Shown: piece after piece, positions 53,337-63,883 of the stretch
Layout: every line of letters starts with the position of its first letter
Position numbering within the stretch: the stretch's first letter is position 1
Assembly (NCBI GenBank): GCA_016719225.1
Contig: JADKAN010000001.1
Coordinates: 573,728-637,727, forward strand
DNA length: 64,000 bases
Direction: 5' to 3'
From: Flavobacteriales bacterium
GTDB taxonomy: Bacteria > Bacteroidota > Bacteroidia > Flavobacteriales_F > PHOS-HE28
The notes under the pieces: generated by a model
The model's database searches: none
What the model was told of the DNA's origin: nothing
Seen by the model: only the letters and a program-made list of their open reading frames with translations
Program-made: the position numbers and the translations under genes

Positions 53337-54342
53337 GTTGAGCAAGTTGTTCTGCAATATTTGAAATGGAGGTTTGATCTGCATTGATGGTGGTGATCAA
53401 TGCCGGATCGCGCTTGCCCAGGCCGTGTGCATAGGTTTTGTCGTAGTAACCCAGCACGGTGAGTGCTACCCCCTGAAGGTCCCCTTCTTCGAGCTGCTCC
53501 AATGCTTGTTTTGCGTGTTGGGGGCCAACGCGTTTGGCGATCCGTTGAATAGCTTGGGCCAATTCTTCCCTGGGTTGTTCACCATAGTCCAGCGCCAATC
53601 GGCCCGCCCGCTGCGAAGCTGGCATGTCCACGTAGTACACCCGCGCAGAACGCATTTGAGCGAACAATCCATCTGGGATCTTAACCCGACCGATGGTGCT
53701 GCTTTCATCCTCCAGCCAAATGGGTCGGTCAGGGTCCAGTGCTGATAATTCCGCCCACAGTTCATTTTCGAAATGTTCCGTACCGGGCTGTTCTTGTTGG
53801 CCAATGCCGCCAAAGGAGGAGCCTTTGTGGTTGGCCAATCCTTCAAGGTCCACCACTTGCTTTCCGCGTGCATGCAATAACGCAAGCAACGCCGTTTTGC
53901 CTGAGCCCGTGGCCCCACCCAATACTATCAGGGAACGGTTTTTTCCGAAGGATCCCAATACATGGGCGCGAAAGGCCTTGTAACCCTTCCGCAGCACGAC
54001 CACTTCCGTAAAACCTGCTTTATCCAATAACCAAGCTACGCTTGCGCTTCGTTCACCTCCCCGCCAGCAATGGACACCTATTCTTTTTCCCGGTGCGATC
54101 AAGGAGGCCTTCTCCACCAGATCGGCCATTTTCGGGCCTACGATCCGCAAGCCTTCCAATAGCGCCTCATCGCGACCTTTCTTTTTGTACAACGTGCCCA
54201 CAACAGCACGTTCGTCATTGCTGAATAGTGGCAGATTGTGCGCTCCGGGTATATGACCTTGTTTGAATTCACCGGGTGAACGAACATCGATCACCGGTAG
54301 TCCGGCGGCCAGAAAAGCTTCCACCGGTTCGTTCCGCAGCAT
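53329..54342 (-). CDS. selU: tRNA 2-selenouridine synthase (rhodanese + P-loop)
   Basis: N-terminal rhodanese domain with the catalytic Cys (IGVHCWRGGERS). P-loop GGATGSGKT. Overlaps the selD start by 8 nt (operon). Confidence 0.85.
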   Translation of the reverse strand: MLRNEPVEAFLAAGLPVIDVRSPGEFKQGHIPGAHNLPLFSNDERAVVGTLYKKKGRDEALLEGLRIVGPKMADLVEKASLIAPGKRIGVHCWRGGERSASVAWLLDKAGFTEVVVLRKGYKAFRAHVLGSFGKNRSLIVLGGATGSGKTALLALLHARGKQVVDLEGLANHKGSSFGGIGQQEQPGTEHFENELWAELSALDPDRPIWLEDESSTIGRVKIPDGLFAQMRSARVYYVDMPASQRAGRLALDYGEQPREELAQAIQRIAKRVGPQHAKQALEQLEEGDLQGVALTVLGYYDKTYAHGLGKRDPALITTINADQTSISNIAEQLAQHE

Positions 54343-54415
54343 GGCCCAAAGCTACGGCCGTTGCAAATCCGCTGGACAATGAAGGGAAGCGATCAGGAAT
54401 ACATTTGCGCCTGCT

Positions 54416-56275
54416 ATGGCTGGAAAAGTGAAGGCGAGGAAGGGGATGTTGGGGTTACCGGTCAATGCAGAGATGCATTCGGCTTCCCTGGAAGGACGAT
54501 CAGTAGGGACGAAGAAACGCTTGCTGTGGATAACGCTACTGGCTGTATTGGCAGCGGTCGTGATCGGCTTCATGGCAAAGGGGATGGTGTTGCTGATCGA
54601 CCTGATCACGAACATAGCCTTCCAAGGCAGCTTCAGTTTCGAGTATATACCCCCGGGCCAGAACAGTCTCGGCTTGTGGGTGATAGTGGTGCCCGCTATT
54701 GGAGGGGCGCTGGTGGGACTGATGGCACTTTACGGATCCAAGGCCATCCGTGGGCACGGGATCCCGGAGGCTATGGAAATGATCCTGACCAACCAGAGCA
54801 AGATCAAGCCTGCCATCACCTATCTCAAGCCTCTTTCCGCCGCCATAAGTATCGGTACGGGTGGCCCTTTCGGAGCCGAGGGGCCGATCATTTCCACCGG
54901 TGGGGCGCTGGGATCCATGGTGGGCCAGTTGCTCCGGATCTCGCCGAACGAACGCAAAGTGCTCTTGGCCGCAGGTGCCACAGCTGGCATGTCCGCGATC
55001 TTCGGCAGCCCCATCGCGGCGATATTTCTCGCCATAGAGCTGCTGTTGTTCGAGTTCGCACCACGCTCCCTACTGCCAGTTGCCATGGGGTGCATCACCG
55101 GTGCGGCCATGCACCACCTGCTATTCGGAGCGGAGCCGATGTTCGCCATGCCGCCTATTGACCTCCCGGGAAATTATGCGCTCTTCACCTACAGCGTTAT
55201 CGGCTTGGTGATCGGTCTGCTTTCGTTGGCGATCACCAAAGCGGTGTATTGGGTGGAAGATGCTTTTGAAAAACTGCCTGTCCACTGGATGTGGTGGCCG
55301 GCCATCGGTGGACTCGCTGTGGGTATCATCGGCTATTTCGCGCCGCGCACGTTGGGCGTTGGCTACGAGAACATCACGGACCTGTTGAGCGGAAAGGCCA
55401 CCATGGACTTGATCATTGGCTTGGCGGTACTGAAGTTGCTGTCGTGGGGCATCGCATTGGGCAGCGGTACTTCCGGTGGTACGCTGGCCCCCATGATGAC
55501 CATCGGTGGGGCGATCGGGTGCTTGTTGGGGATCTTGGCGCAGCGGTTCTTGCCGGATGTCGGTATCGTGCTTCCTCTGGCCGTGCTGGTGGGCATGGCC
55601 TCCATGTTCGCAGGGGCATCCAGGGCATTTCTTACCAGTGTGGTTTTCGCCTTGGAAACCACCGGCCGTATCGAAGCATTACTACCCTTGCTGGGTGGTT
55701 GTGCAGCAGCTTATCTCGTGTCGTATTTCCTGATGCCCAACACGATCATGACGGAGAAGATCGCGCGGCGCGGCATACGCACGCCGGATTCCTACGAGCC
55801 GGATATTCTGGAACAACTGTCCGTGGGTTCGGTGATGGAGCGCGACATTCCCGTCGTGGCTGGACATTCGACGGCAGGGGAGACGTTGTCAACGGTGCAG
55901 CCGGAGGTGGAGTTTCTGTTCGTGTCGGATTCCGATGAGACTTTTGCCGGCGTGGTGCGCGTCGTGGATATGCATGCTGCGGCCGCTGACACAGCGTTGC
56001 TCCAATTAGTTCGGGTCCCCTTGGTCGTGGGGCCGAATGACGACCTGCGCATGGCAGCACGAGAGCTTACGCGCAGCGCAACCAACGTGCCCGTGGTCGT
56101 AGTGGAGGACGGTGTTGTGATCGGCTTGCTGACCTCGGAAGCGCTGCTGCGTGCTTACGGACACCGCATGGACGAGCATGCGGAGAACGAGGCGAGCATA
56201 TTGCTACACCGCCGTCGGCTGAAAGTGGTGGCGCAGGGCAAGCAATTGTTCCGCTCAGTGATGCGTCGGGATTGA
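54416..56275 (+). CDS. ClC-family voltage-gated chloride channel / H+-Cl- antiporter with C-terminal CBS domain pair
   Basis: ClC selectivity motifs GSGIP-like (GHGIPEA), GKEGP-like (GAEGPII) and GxFxP (GGTLAPM). About 10-12 TM helices, then a CBS pair. 619 aa; the exact start is uncertain. Confidence 0.8.
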   Translation: MAGKVKARKGMLGLPVNAEMHSASLEGRSVGTKKRLLWITLLAVLAAVVIGFMAKGMVLLIDLITNIAFQGSFSFEYIPPGQNSLGLWVIVVPAIGGALVGLMALYGSKAIRGHGIPEAMEMILTNQSKIKPAITYLKPLSAAISIGTGGPFGAEGPIISTGGALGSMVGQLLRISPNERKVLLAAGATAGMSAIFGSPIAAIFLAIELLLFEFAPRSLLPVAMGCITGAAMHHLLFGAEPMFAMPPIDLPGNYALFTYSVIGLVIGLLSLAITKAVYWVEDAFEKLPVHWMWWPAIGGLAVGIIGYFAPRTLGVGYENITDLLSGKATMDLIIGLAVLKLLSWGIALGSGTSGGTLAPMMTIGGAIGCLLGILAQRFLPDVGIVLPLAVLVGMASMFAGASRAFLTSVVFALETTGRIEALLPLLGGCAAAYLVSYFLMPNTIMTEKIARRGIRTPDSYEPDILEQLSVGSVMERDIPVVAGHSTAGETLSTVQPEVEFLFVSDSDETFAGVVRVVDMHAAAADTALLQLVRVPLVVGPNDDLRMAARELTRSATNVPVVVVEDGVVIGLLTSEALLRAYGHRMDEHAENEASILLHRRRLKVVAQGKQLFRSVMRRD

Positions 56276-56376
56276 GGGATTGCCCGATACAAAGCATTAC
56301 GCTGAACAGCGATGGACCTGCCGACAAGGCTGATCCAGCTCACCTAGCCCAATAAGACCGCGTAGATTATTGCAGA

Positions 56377-57270
56377 TCACCGGCTCTCCAAAAGCAGTTT
56401 GATCCGTGCGAGATCATCATCGCTTTTGAAGGCGATCTCGATCTTACCCTTGCCCGCCTCGGTCTGCTTTACGGTGACGCGGCTGGCGAAAATGTTGCTC
56501 AGGTGCTTGCCAAGTTCCTTCTGGCGTGCACTGCCCATTTTTGCCTTGATGCCGGTTGGCTTTCCGGAAGACTTATCGTCGCGTGCGAACTGCTCCACTT
56601 GGCGCACGGAAAGCTGGCTTTCCAGGATACGCCGGTAAAGTTCGCCTTGCTTAGCGGGGTCTAGAATGCCGATCAATGCGCGGGCATGGCCCATTCCGAT
56701 CTGCCGCTGCCGCAGTCCGAGCTGGATCTCGGGGGGTAATTTCAGCAGGCGGAGGTAATTGGCCACAGTGGCGCGGTCCTTACCCACTTTATCGCTGAGG
56801 GCTTCTTGGGTAAGATCCACTTCGTCCAACAACCGTTGGAAGCTGATGGCGATCTCGATGGCATCCAGTTCTTCGCGCTGGATATTCTCCACCAGCGCCA
56901 TTTCCAGCATGCTCTCGTCGTTGGCGATGCGGATGTATGCCGGGATCTGCTCCAATCCCGCGGCTTGCGAGGCTCGGAAACGCCGTTCACCGCTGATCAA
57001 TTGATATCGGTCATAACCCAGCTTGCGCACGGTGATGGGCTGGATAATGCCCAATTCCTTGATGCTCTGTGCCAGTTCCAAAATGGCCTCCGGTGCGAAA
57101 GTGGTGCGGGGTTGGAACGGGTTGGGTTCGATCTGCGAAACCGGTATCGTGGCAACGCCACCGGCCACACGCGCCTGACCCACCTCCTGCGATTGCCGTG
57201 ATGTGATGTCCGTCCCGGGGTCTTCCAACAGGGCGCTCAAGCCGCGCCCCAATCCACGTTTTTTGGTCAT
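56377..57270 (-). CDS. parB: Chromosome partitioning protein ParB (Spo0J)
   Basis: MTKKRGLGRGLSALL. ParB box IQPITVRK and GERRFRAS. HTH region. Confidence 0.9.
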   Translation of the reverse strand: MTKKRGLGRGLSALLEDPGTDITSRQSQEVGQARVAGGVATIPVSQIEPNPFQPRTTFAPEAILELAQSIKELGIIQPITVRKLGYDRYQLISGERRFRASQAAGLEQIPAYIRIANDESMLEMALVENIQREELDAIEIAISFQRLLDEVDLTQEALSDKVGKDRATVANYLRLLKLPPEIQLGLRQRQIGMGHARALIGILDPAKQGELYRRILESQLSVRQVEQFARDDKSSGKPTGIKAKMGSARQKELGKHLSNIFASRVTVKQTEAGKGKIEIAFKSDDDLARIKLLLESR

Positions 57271-58091
57271 TGCTCCTGCTGGGCTATGGCCAAGGCCGCG
57301 CTGCGCGCTTCCGCCTTGATCCGGGTCATGTCGTTCTTCTGCAGGATCTCGCGCGCAAGGTTCAGGTAGTTCACCGCGCCTTTGCTACTGGCATCGTGCA
57401 TGATGATGGTCTGTCCATGGCTCGGTGCCTCACCTAGTGCTACGTTGCGGTGGATAACAGTGTCGAACACCAGTTGCTGGAAATGGGTTTTCACCTCTTC
57501 CACCACTTGGTTGGCCAAGCGTAGGCGGCTGTCGTACATGGTGAGCAGCATGCCTTCGATGATCAGTTCAGGGTTCAACCGCTGTTGGATGATCTTGATG
57601 GTGTTGAGCAGTTTGCCCAAACCCTCCAACGCGAAGTATTCACATTGCACCGGTACGATAACGCTGTCCGAGGCCACCAAGGCATTCACCGTTACCAAGC
57701 CCAGGGAAGGGGAGCAGTCGATAATAATGAAGTCGTAGTGCTCGCGCAAGGGATCGAGCATTTTCTTCATCTGGTGTTCACGCTCGGGCATGTCGATCAT
57801 CTCGATCTCTGCACCTACCAGATCGATGGAGCCGGGAAGGATGTCGAGGTTCGGGTTGTCGGTATGCTGCACCACGCTCAGCGCGGGTGTCCCGTTGATG
57901 ATGCTTTCATAAATGCTGGCCCCGTTATTCTTGGGATCCAGTCCGGTGCCACTGGTAGCGTTGGCCTGCGGGTCGGCGTCCACGATGAGCGTGCGGCGCT
58001 CCAGGATGCCCAGACATGCGGCCAGGTTGATGGCGGTGGTGGTCTTGCCCACACCACCTTTTTGGTTGACTATCGAAATGATCTTGGCCAT
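57267..58091 (-). CDS. parA: Chromosome partitioning ATPase ParA (Soj)
   Basis: MAKIISIVNQKGGVGKTTTAINLAACL deviant Walker A. 4-nt overlap with parB. Confidence 0.9.
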   Translation of the reverse strand: MAKIISIVNQKGGVGKTTTAINLAACLGILERRTLIVDADPQANATSGTGLDPKNNGASIYESIINGTPALSVVQHTDNPNLDILPGSIDLVGAEIEMIDMPEREHQMKKMLDPLREHYDFIIIDCSPSLGLVTVNALVASDSVIVPVQCEYFALEGLGKLLNTIKIIQQRLNPELIIEGMLLTMYDSRLRLANQVVEEVKTHFQQLVFDTVIHRNVALGEAPSHGQTIIMHDASSKGAVNYLNLAREILQKNDMTRIKAEARSAALAIAQQEQ

Positions 58092-58112
58092 GTAGCGTCT
58101 TGTTTTCCTTCG

Positions 58113-58802
58113 TTAGAGTTCAATGGTTTCCCCGATCATGGGCAGCACTAGCCTGATTTCCGCAGCGCGGAATGCGTCCTTCGCTTTCTCCACGTTGATG
58201 GTGACAGCAGGGAAGGTGTTGTAGTGCATGCCCACCACGGTGGTAACTCCCATGTATCGCGCGGCTTCCACCGCATCGTTATAGCCCATGGTATAGTTGT
58301 CGCCGATGGGCAGGCACGCATAGTTCAGCTTATACCTCTTTAGCAGCTGCATGTCCAACATCAGGCCGGTATCGCCAGCATGGTGGAAATTGCCTTCCGG
58401 GGTGAAGATGACGAAGCCGCCGGGATCGCCGCCGGAAGCGCCATCGGGCATGGTGCTGCTGTGCTGCGCAATGGTGAGACGCACTCGGCAGTCCCCTAGA
58501 TCCGTTTCACCCCCGATGTTCATTGGAGTAGTGCGCTTGATGCCTTTCGCCTCGTACCAACCGCAGATCTCTGCATTACCCACAAGCATAGCTCCCGTTC
58601 GCTTCAGGATGGCCTCAGCATCTGCCACATGGTCGCCGTGACCGTGGGTGAGGAGCACATGCGTAGCCGGTACTTCTTCCACCTTGATGCTCTTGGCCAT
58701 GGGATTGCCGCTGATGAACGGGTCAAAAAGCAGTTGCAGACCTGCAACCTCCATACCCATGCAACTATGACCGTACCACGTGAGTTTCATCTTGCTGTTC
58801 AC
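58113..58802 (-). CDS. Metallo-beta-lactamase-fold metal-dependent hydrolase (UPF0173/YtkL-like)
   Basis: HVLLTHGHGDHVAD (HxHxDH motif) in a 229-aa protein. Downstream of parAB, as commonly seen. Confidence 0.75.
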   Translation of the reverse strand: MNSKMKLTWYGHSCMGMEVAGLQLLFDPFISGNPMAKSIKVEEVPATHVLLTHGHGDHVADAEAILKRTGAMLVGNAEICGWYEAKGIKRTTPMNIGGETDLGDCRVRLTIAQHSSTMPDGASGGDPGGFVIFTPEGNFHHAGDTGLMLDMQLLKRYKLNYACLPIGDNYTMGYNDAVEAARYMGVTTVVGMHYNTFPAVTINVEKAKDAFRAAEIRLVLPMIGETIEL

Positions 58803-59077
58803 CTTGCTCGTTGAAGCCGTTGGCCCAACGATTCGGCGTGGCGAAGGTAGAGGGCTGTACAGGGTGGGTCCAGTGTAAAAGGCCCTATACTTTTGAACGA
58901 TCCGCTGTCCACGGTGAATGCCCTACGTGCGTGGCTTCCCGCCAAAGTTTCCCACAATTCAAACGCCCCTTTTCACGATGTTCCGTATTTTTGCATCAAC
59001 AAGCGTGGCTAAATGTGCCACTTTCTTCCATTCATCCGTGCCGCCAAGATCCTTAGCGGTACTCACCCCCCCGACCC

Positions 59078-59515
59078 ATGTTCGACCAGATCCTTTCCTC
59101 CCTTCAAAAAGAAGCCGCTCCGGCATTAATGGCCAAGCTCGGCTTGGACCAGAACCAGGCGGATAAGTCCGTGGGTGCAGCTGCAAATAGTGTGAAAGAA
59201 GTGCTTGGTGGTAACCATGGCTTCGGCATGGACGATGTATTGAGCCTTTTCAGCAACAACACGAACACTGCCGGTGCCAATGGCTTGATGAGCAAGTTGG
59301 GCACGGTGATGCAAGGAAAGCTGTCCACTGAGGCCGGTCTGCCTGCAGAAAAGGCCAGCATGGTGCAGAGCATGCTTTTGCCTTTGGTAACGGACTTCAT
59401 CGCGAAGCATGTTGGCGGTGACGCCTCGAAGTTGAAAGGCATGCTAGGAGGCCTCGGTGACCTCAGCGGAATGGCAGATACCGCAAAAGGCATGCTCGGA
59501 AAACTCTTTAAGTAG
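59078..59515 (+). CDS. Hypothetical protein (Gly/Ala/Met-rich, 145 aa)
   Basis: ORF with low-complexity G/A/L/M-rich segments and no recognised motif. Sits upstream of the dodecin gene on the same strand. Confidence 0.45.
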   Translation: MFDQILSSLQKEAAPALMAKLGLDQNQADKSVGAAANSVKEVLGGNHGFGMDDVLSLFSNNTNTAGANGLMSKLGTVMQGKLSTEAGLPAEKASMVQSMLLPLVTDFIAKHVGGDASKLKGMLGGLGDLSGMADTAKGMLGKLFK

Positions 59516-59542
59516 AACAACCTCCATTAAAACAAAAAACCT

Positions 59543-59746
59543 ATGGCGATCCTGAAAGTATTGGAGATCCTGGCCTCCGACAAAAGCAGCTGGGAAGGTG
59601 CCGCGCAGAATGCGGTGAAAGAGGCGCACAAGTCCGTGCGGGGCATCCGTTCTATTAACGTCACGAACCAAAGTGCCGTAGTTGAAAAGGGCAAGATCAC
59701 GGAGTATCGCGTTAACTGCAAGATCACCTTCGCCCTGGACAAGTAG
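59543..59746 (+). CDS. Dodecin-family flavin-binding protein
   Basis: 67 aa, MAILKVLEILASDKSSWEGAAQNAVKEAHKSVRGIRSINVTNQSAVVEKGKITEYRVNCKITFALDK. Length and beta-alpha-beta-beta pattern match the dodecin family (about 68 aa, conserved Trp, C-terminal K-x-x-F/V-x-L/V-E/D). Confidence 0.7.
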   Translation: MAILKVLEILASDKSSWEGAAQNAVKEAHKSVRGIRSINVTNQSAVVEKGKITEYRVNCKITFALDK

Positions 59747-59823
59747 GCTTGTGCAACCTTAAAAGGGAAGAGGGGCGTGGTGCCCCTTTTCCTTTTTCCT
59801 TCGTTCCCTGAACCCACCGACCG

Positions 59824-61350
59824 ATGCCCACGATAGAGGATTTTACTGCCGCAATGTCCGCCGGATACACCTTCCAAGGCGATACCATTATCCTTGGTGC
59901 GCCCATTTTCAAAGGTGATTGCGTTCCCGCATCCCCGGTAGGCATCCCGTTGCGCACGATGAACCGCCATGGCCTTATCGCCGGAGCTACCGGCACCGGC
60001 AAGACCAAGACCTTGCAAGTGCTCGCCGAGCAGTTGTCTTTGAAAGGCGTGCCCACCTTGCTCATGGACATGAAAGGGGACCTCAGCGGGATCGGGGCGC
60101 CCGCTGATCCCAACCCGAAGATCGACGCACGGCAGCAGAAGATCGGCGTGGCTTGGGAAGCCTTGAAGATCCCCGTCGAATTCCTCAGTCTCAGCAAGGA
60201 ACCCGGTGCACAGCTCCGGGCAACCACCAGTGAGTTCGGCCCCGTCCTGCTTAGCCGGATACTGGAACTGAACGATACGCAGGGAAGCGTGCTTTCACTG
60301 GTGTTCAAGTATTGCGATGACAACGGATTGCCACTTTTGGATGTGAAGGACCTGCGGCGTGTGTTGCAATTCACTACTGCTGAAGGGAAAGAGGAGATCC
60401 AGAAGCAATATGGCATGGTGAGTGGTGCCACGGTGAGCACCATAATGCGCAAGCTGATCGAGCTGGAGCAACAGGGGGCCGACACTTTTTTCGGTGAGCG
60501 CAGCTTCGATACGCAGGACCTGCTGCAACAGCGTGATGGGAAGGGCGTGGTGCACATCGTCCGGCTTACGGACATCCAGGACCGCCCGCGACTGTTCAGC
60601 ACCTTCATGCTTTGCCTCTTGGCGGAGATCTACGGCACCTTCCCCGAGGTGGGTGACTTGGAAAAACCGAAGCTGGTGATCTTTATTGATGAGGCGCACC
60701 TCATTTTCGATAATGCCACCAAGCCCTTACTGGATCAAGTGGAAAGCATCATCAAGCTGATCCGCTCCAAAGGAGTGGGCATCCACTTCTGCACCCAGGA
60801 CCCGAGCGACGTACCGGAAAGCGTATTGGGCCAATTGGGTTTGAAGGTGCAGCATTCCCTACGTGCATTCACCGCCAAGGACCGCACCACGATCAAGAAA
60901 ACAGCGCAGAACTACCCCTTGACGGACTTTTACGATACCGAGGAGGTGATCACATCCATGGGAATAGGGGAGGCACTGGTCTCGGCGCTGAACGAGAAGG
61001 GCGTGCCCACACCGCTGGCCCATACCATGGTGCGAGCGCCAGGTACCCGTATGGACATCCTAACCCCCGTGGAATTGCAAGCATTGGTTTCAGCATCTTC
61101 ATTATCCGCGAAGTACAACGAAGTGATCGACCGGGAAAGCGCCAGCGAAATATTGGACAAACGCCTGAAGGAACACCAAGGCATTGGGCAACCTGCCACG
61201 CCTTCGAAACCCGAAAAAACCAAAAAGGAGGAGCCGGGCATGTTCGAGAACCTGTCCAAGAACACCATGGTCAGGCAACTTGGCCGGACTGCTTTACGCG
61301 AGGTTACCCGTGGCTTGCTGGGCGTTCTGGGAGTGAAGCCGCGGCGTTAA
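59824..61350 (+). CDS. HerA-like helicase-domain ATPase (DUF853 / YjgR family)
   Basis: Walker A GATGTGKTKT, Walker B VIFIDEAHLIF. Overall DUF853 organisation. 508 aa. Confidence 0.75.
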   Translation: MPTIEDFTAAMSAGYTFQGDTIILGAPIFKGDCVPASPVGIPLRTMNRHGLIAGATGTGKTKTLQVLAEQLSLKGVPTLLMDMKGDLSGIGAPADPNPKIDARQQKIGVAWEALKIPVEFLSLSKEPGAQLRATTSEFGPVLLSRILELNDTQGSVLSLVFKYCDDNGLPLLDVKDLRRVLQFTTAEGKEEIQKQYGMVSGATVSTIMRKLIELEQQGADTFFGERSFDTQDLLQQRDGKGVVHIVRLTDIQDRPRLFSTFMLCLLAEIYGTFPEVGDLEKPKLVIFIDEAHLIFDNATKPLLDQVESIIKLIRSKGVGIHFCTQDPSDVPESVLGQLGLKVQHSLRAFTAKDRTTIKKTAQNYPLTDFYDTEEVITSMGIGEALVSALNEKGVPTPLAHTMVRAPGTRMDILTPVELQALVSASSLSAKYNEVIDRESASEILDKRLKEHQGIGQPATPSKPEKTKKEEPGMFENLSKNTMVRQLGRTALREVTRGLLGVLGVKPRR

Positions 61351-61436
61351 AAGCCTGCTTCTGGCCTTTTCCTCAATTTGAAATGCAGAGGGCTGTCCGT
61401 CAAAAGATCGACGATCGCGCCAATTGTGAACGATGC

Positions 61437-62657
61437 TCAACCCTCGATATCGAGGTGATGGCCCATCTTCAATTTCTTCGTAAGTAGGTAACTGCGGTTA
61501 TGCTTGTTCGGCACCACCTGGATAGGTAGGTTCTCCGTGATCTCCAAGCCGTATCCCACTAACCCCGTGCGTTTTTTCGGGTTGTTGGTGAGCAATCGCA
61601 TGCGGCGTACACCGAGGTCGTGCAGGATCTGGGCTCCTACGCCGTAGTCTCTCGGGTCCATATCGAAGCCCAGCATAAGGTTGGCTTCCACTGTGTCCGC
61701 TCCTTCCTGCTGCAGTTTGTAGGCGCGTAGCTTGTTCATCAGCCCGATGCCGCGTCCTTCCTGCTGCATGTAGACGATCACGCCTTTTCCTTCCTGCTCC
61801 ACCATCGCCATGGCCGCGTGCAATTGCGGACCGCAATCGCAGCGTTGGCTGCCGAAAATATCGCCGGTGAGGCAGCTGCTGTGCATGCGCACCAGCACGG
61901 ATTCATCCTTGTCCCAAGTGCCTTTCACCAGTGCCAAATGTTCTTCGCCGGTTTCCTTGTGCCGGTAGGCGATCAGTTTGAAATCGCCGTATTCCGTAGG
62001 CATATCCACTTCCACCTCGCGTACAACGGAACGTTCCGTTCGCATGCGGTAGGCCACGAGGTCTTCGATGGAGATGAGCTTCAGGTCGAAGCGCTTGGCC
62101 ACTTCACGCAGTTGCGGAAGCCGTGCCATGGTGCCGTCCTCGTTCATGATCTCCACCAGCACGCCGGCCGGTTCGAAACCCGCCATGCGTGCAAGGTCCA
62201 CAGTGGCTTCTGTATGACCGGTGCGACGGAGTACACCGCCGTCGCGGGCTTTTAATGGGAAGATGTGTCCCGGCCTGCCAAGGTCCGCTGGTTTGGTGGC
62301 AGGATCGATCAAAGCGAGGATGGTCTTGCTGCGGTCACTGGTACTGATGCCCGTGCTGGTGCCGTGGCCGCGCAGGTCGATGCTTACGGTGAAAGGTGTT
62401 TGGTGGACCGCGGTATTGTCGCGGACCATGGGGTCCAGCCCAAGTTCATCGCAACGCTGCTCGGTGAGCGGGGTACAGATCAAGCCGCGGCCGTGCGTGG
62501 CCATGAAATTCACCACGTCCGGTGTGGCGTTGCGTGCAGCGGTGATGAAGTCGCCTTCGTTCTCACGGTCTTCATCATCCACCACGATCACCATTTTCCC
62601 GTCCCGGATGTCCGCGATGGCACTTTCAATGCTGTCAAATTGCGATCCTTCGCTCAT
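61437..62657 (-). CDS. ribBA: Bifunctional 3,4-dihydroxy-2-butanone-4-phosphate synthase / GTP cyclohydrolase II
   Basis: N-terminal DHBP synthase blocks ([22 protein letters not shown]). C-terminal GCH-II blocks with the zinc-binding Cys cluster ([17 protein letters not shown]) and GRG motif. Confidence 0.9.
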   Translation of the reverse strand: MSEGSQFDSIESAIADIRDGKMVIVVDDEDRENEGDFITAARNATPDVVNFMATHGRGLICTPLTEQRCDELGLDPMVRDNTAVHQTPFTVSIDLRGHGTSTGISTSDRSKTILALIDPATKPADLGRPGHIFPLKARDGGVLRRTGHTEATVDLARMAGFEPAGVLVEIMNEDGTMARLPQLREVAKRFDLKLISIEDLVAYRMRTERSVVREVEVDMPTEYGDFKLIAYRHKETGEEHLALVKGTWDKDESVLVRMHSSCLTGDIFGSQRCDCGPQLHAAMAMVEQEGKGVIVYMQQEGRGIGLMNKLRAYKLQQEGADTVEANLMLGFDMDPRDYGVGAQILHDLGVRRMRLLTNNPKKRTGLVGYGLEITENLPIQVVPNKHNRSYLLTKKLKMGHHLDIEG

Positions 62658-63883
62658 GATACCGTGTTTTCCCGTTGGGGATGCGAAATTACGGAACTGT
62701 CCGGTGGAAGGTCATCCTCGGACATTAACCGGTGAAGGCGCTCCGCTGCTTGGTCCCAGTCGAACGTCCGCTTTACGAATTCCAAACCGTTACCGGCCAG
62801 CCGTTCCCGTTCCTCTGGATCGTCCAGCAGCCGAAGTATATGTTCCGCATATTCCACTGGCTCGTGCCCGATGAGGATCGATGTTCCGGGCTCGGCTCCT
62901 ACTGCATTGTTGGCCAGACCTGAAGTGACACAGGGCATTCGCATGGCCATGGCTTCCAGCAGTTTGTTCTGAAGCCCCGTGCCGATCTGCATGGGCGCCA
63001 CGAAGATCCGGGCCGCAGCATAGGAATCGCGGATGTCCTTCACCCAACCGCTCACCGTTACTTCCGGATGGCGCTGCGCCAGTTCGCGGACCCGTGCGTC
63101 CGGGTCCACGCCGGCGATCAGCAAGTTCACGTCGGGCCGCTGCGCATGCACCAGCGGTAACACCCGCTGCACCAGGAAAAGCACGCTATCGATGTTCGGC
63201 GGATAGTTCATGTTGCCGGTGAAGAGCAGGTCGTACCGCTTTTCAGCATCGCGCGGGGTGAAGTAGAGCGTGTCCACGCCGTTGGGGATCACTTCAACGG
63301 AATCGCGGCCGGGGTGGTACAACAGGTCACGGTCCTGGGCGCTGATGATGACGTGATGGTCGAACAGGTCCAACATCAGGTTCTCGTATCCGATCAATCG
63401 TCGGGTCTCCGCTTTCAGCAGAGGCCGCAGCCATGGTGAAGCATTTTCCGCCCGCCGCTCCATACCCTTGCTCAGCGTGTCCATATAGTCCAGTGTCTTC
63501 GGCAGTTCGTAGCGGTGCCTAACGTATTCCGTGGTGCGCACCAATTGGCATAGCACATGTTCCGGCTTGAAATCGGCGATCACTTCGTCGATCGCCCGTT
63601 GAGCATGCCGATGATGGAAGTAACCCACTTGGAAGGGGAGCCGTGAGAACACGGATGTCGCCATGCGCGATAAGATCCGCCACCTCGACAGGTGTACCAC
63701 GCGGATGTTGGCGCAGAACGTGCGCAGGTGTTCCAGATGCTCGTCCTTTATCCGCTGATCGCTAAGGCAGAAGAGGTAGATCCGGTGATGCTTGGCCAAC
63801 CGTTTCACCAAATGATATGCCCGCAATTTGTCGCCTTTCTCCAGCGGATAGGGCATGCGCGAGAGCACCACCAGCAACCTCAT
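62654..63883 (-). CDS. Glycosyltransferase family 4 (GT-B, group-1 glycosyltransferase)
   Basis: N-terminus [28 protein letters not shown]-terminal EX7E-like motif region ([28 protein letters not shown]). 4-nt overlap with ribBA. Confidence 0.7.
   Translation of the reverse strand: MRLLVVLSRMPYPLEKGDKLRAYHLVKRLAKHHRIYLFCLSDQRIKDEHLEHLRTFCANIRVVHLSRWRILSRMATSVFSRLPFQVGYFHHRHAQRAIDEVIADFKPEHVLCQLVRTTEYVRHRYELPKTLDYMDTLSKGMERRAENASPWLRPLLKAETRRLIGYENLMLDLFDHHVIISAQDRDLLYHPGRDSVEVIPNGVDTLYFTPRDAEKRYDLLFTGNMNYPPNIDSVLFLVQRVLPLVHAQRPDVNLLIAGVDPDARVRELAQRHPEVTVSGWVKDIRDSYAAARIFVAPMQIGTGLQNKLLEAMAMRMPCVTSGLANNAVGAEPGTSILIGHEPVEYAEHILRLLDDPEERERLAGNGLEFVKRTFDWDQAAERLHRLMSEDDLPPDSSVISHPQRENTVS

Noticed and set aside
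54361-55161. A 266-aa ORF overlapping the 5' part of the ClC channel gene in another frame.
   Set aside because: Arg/Gly/His-rich sequence with no features. The ClC frame carries all selectivity-filter motifs.
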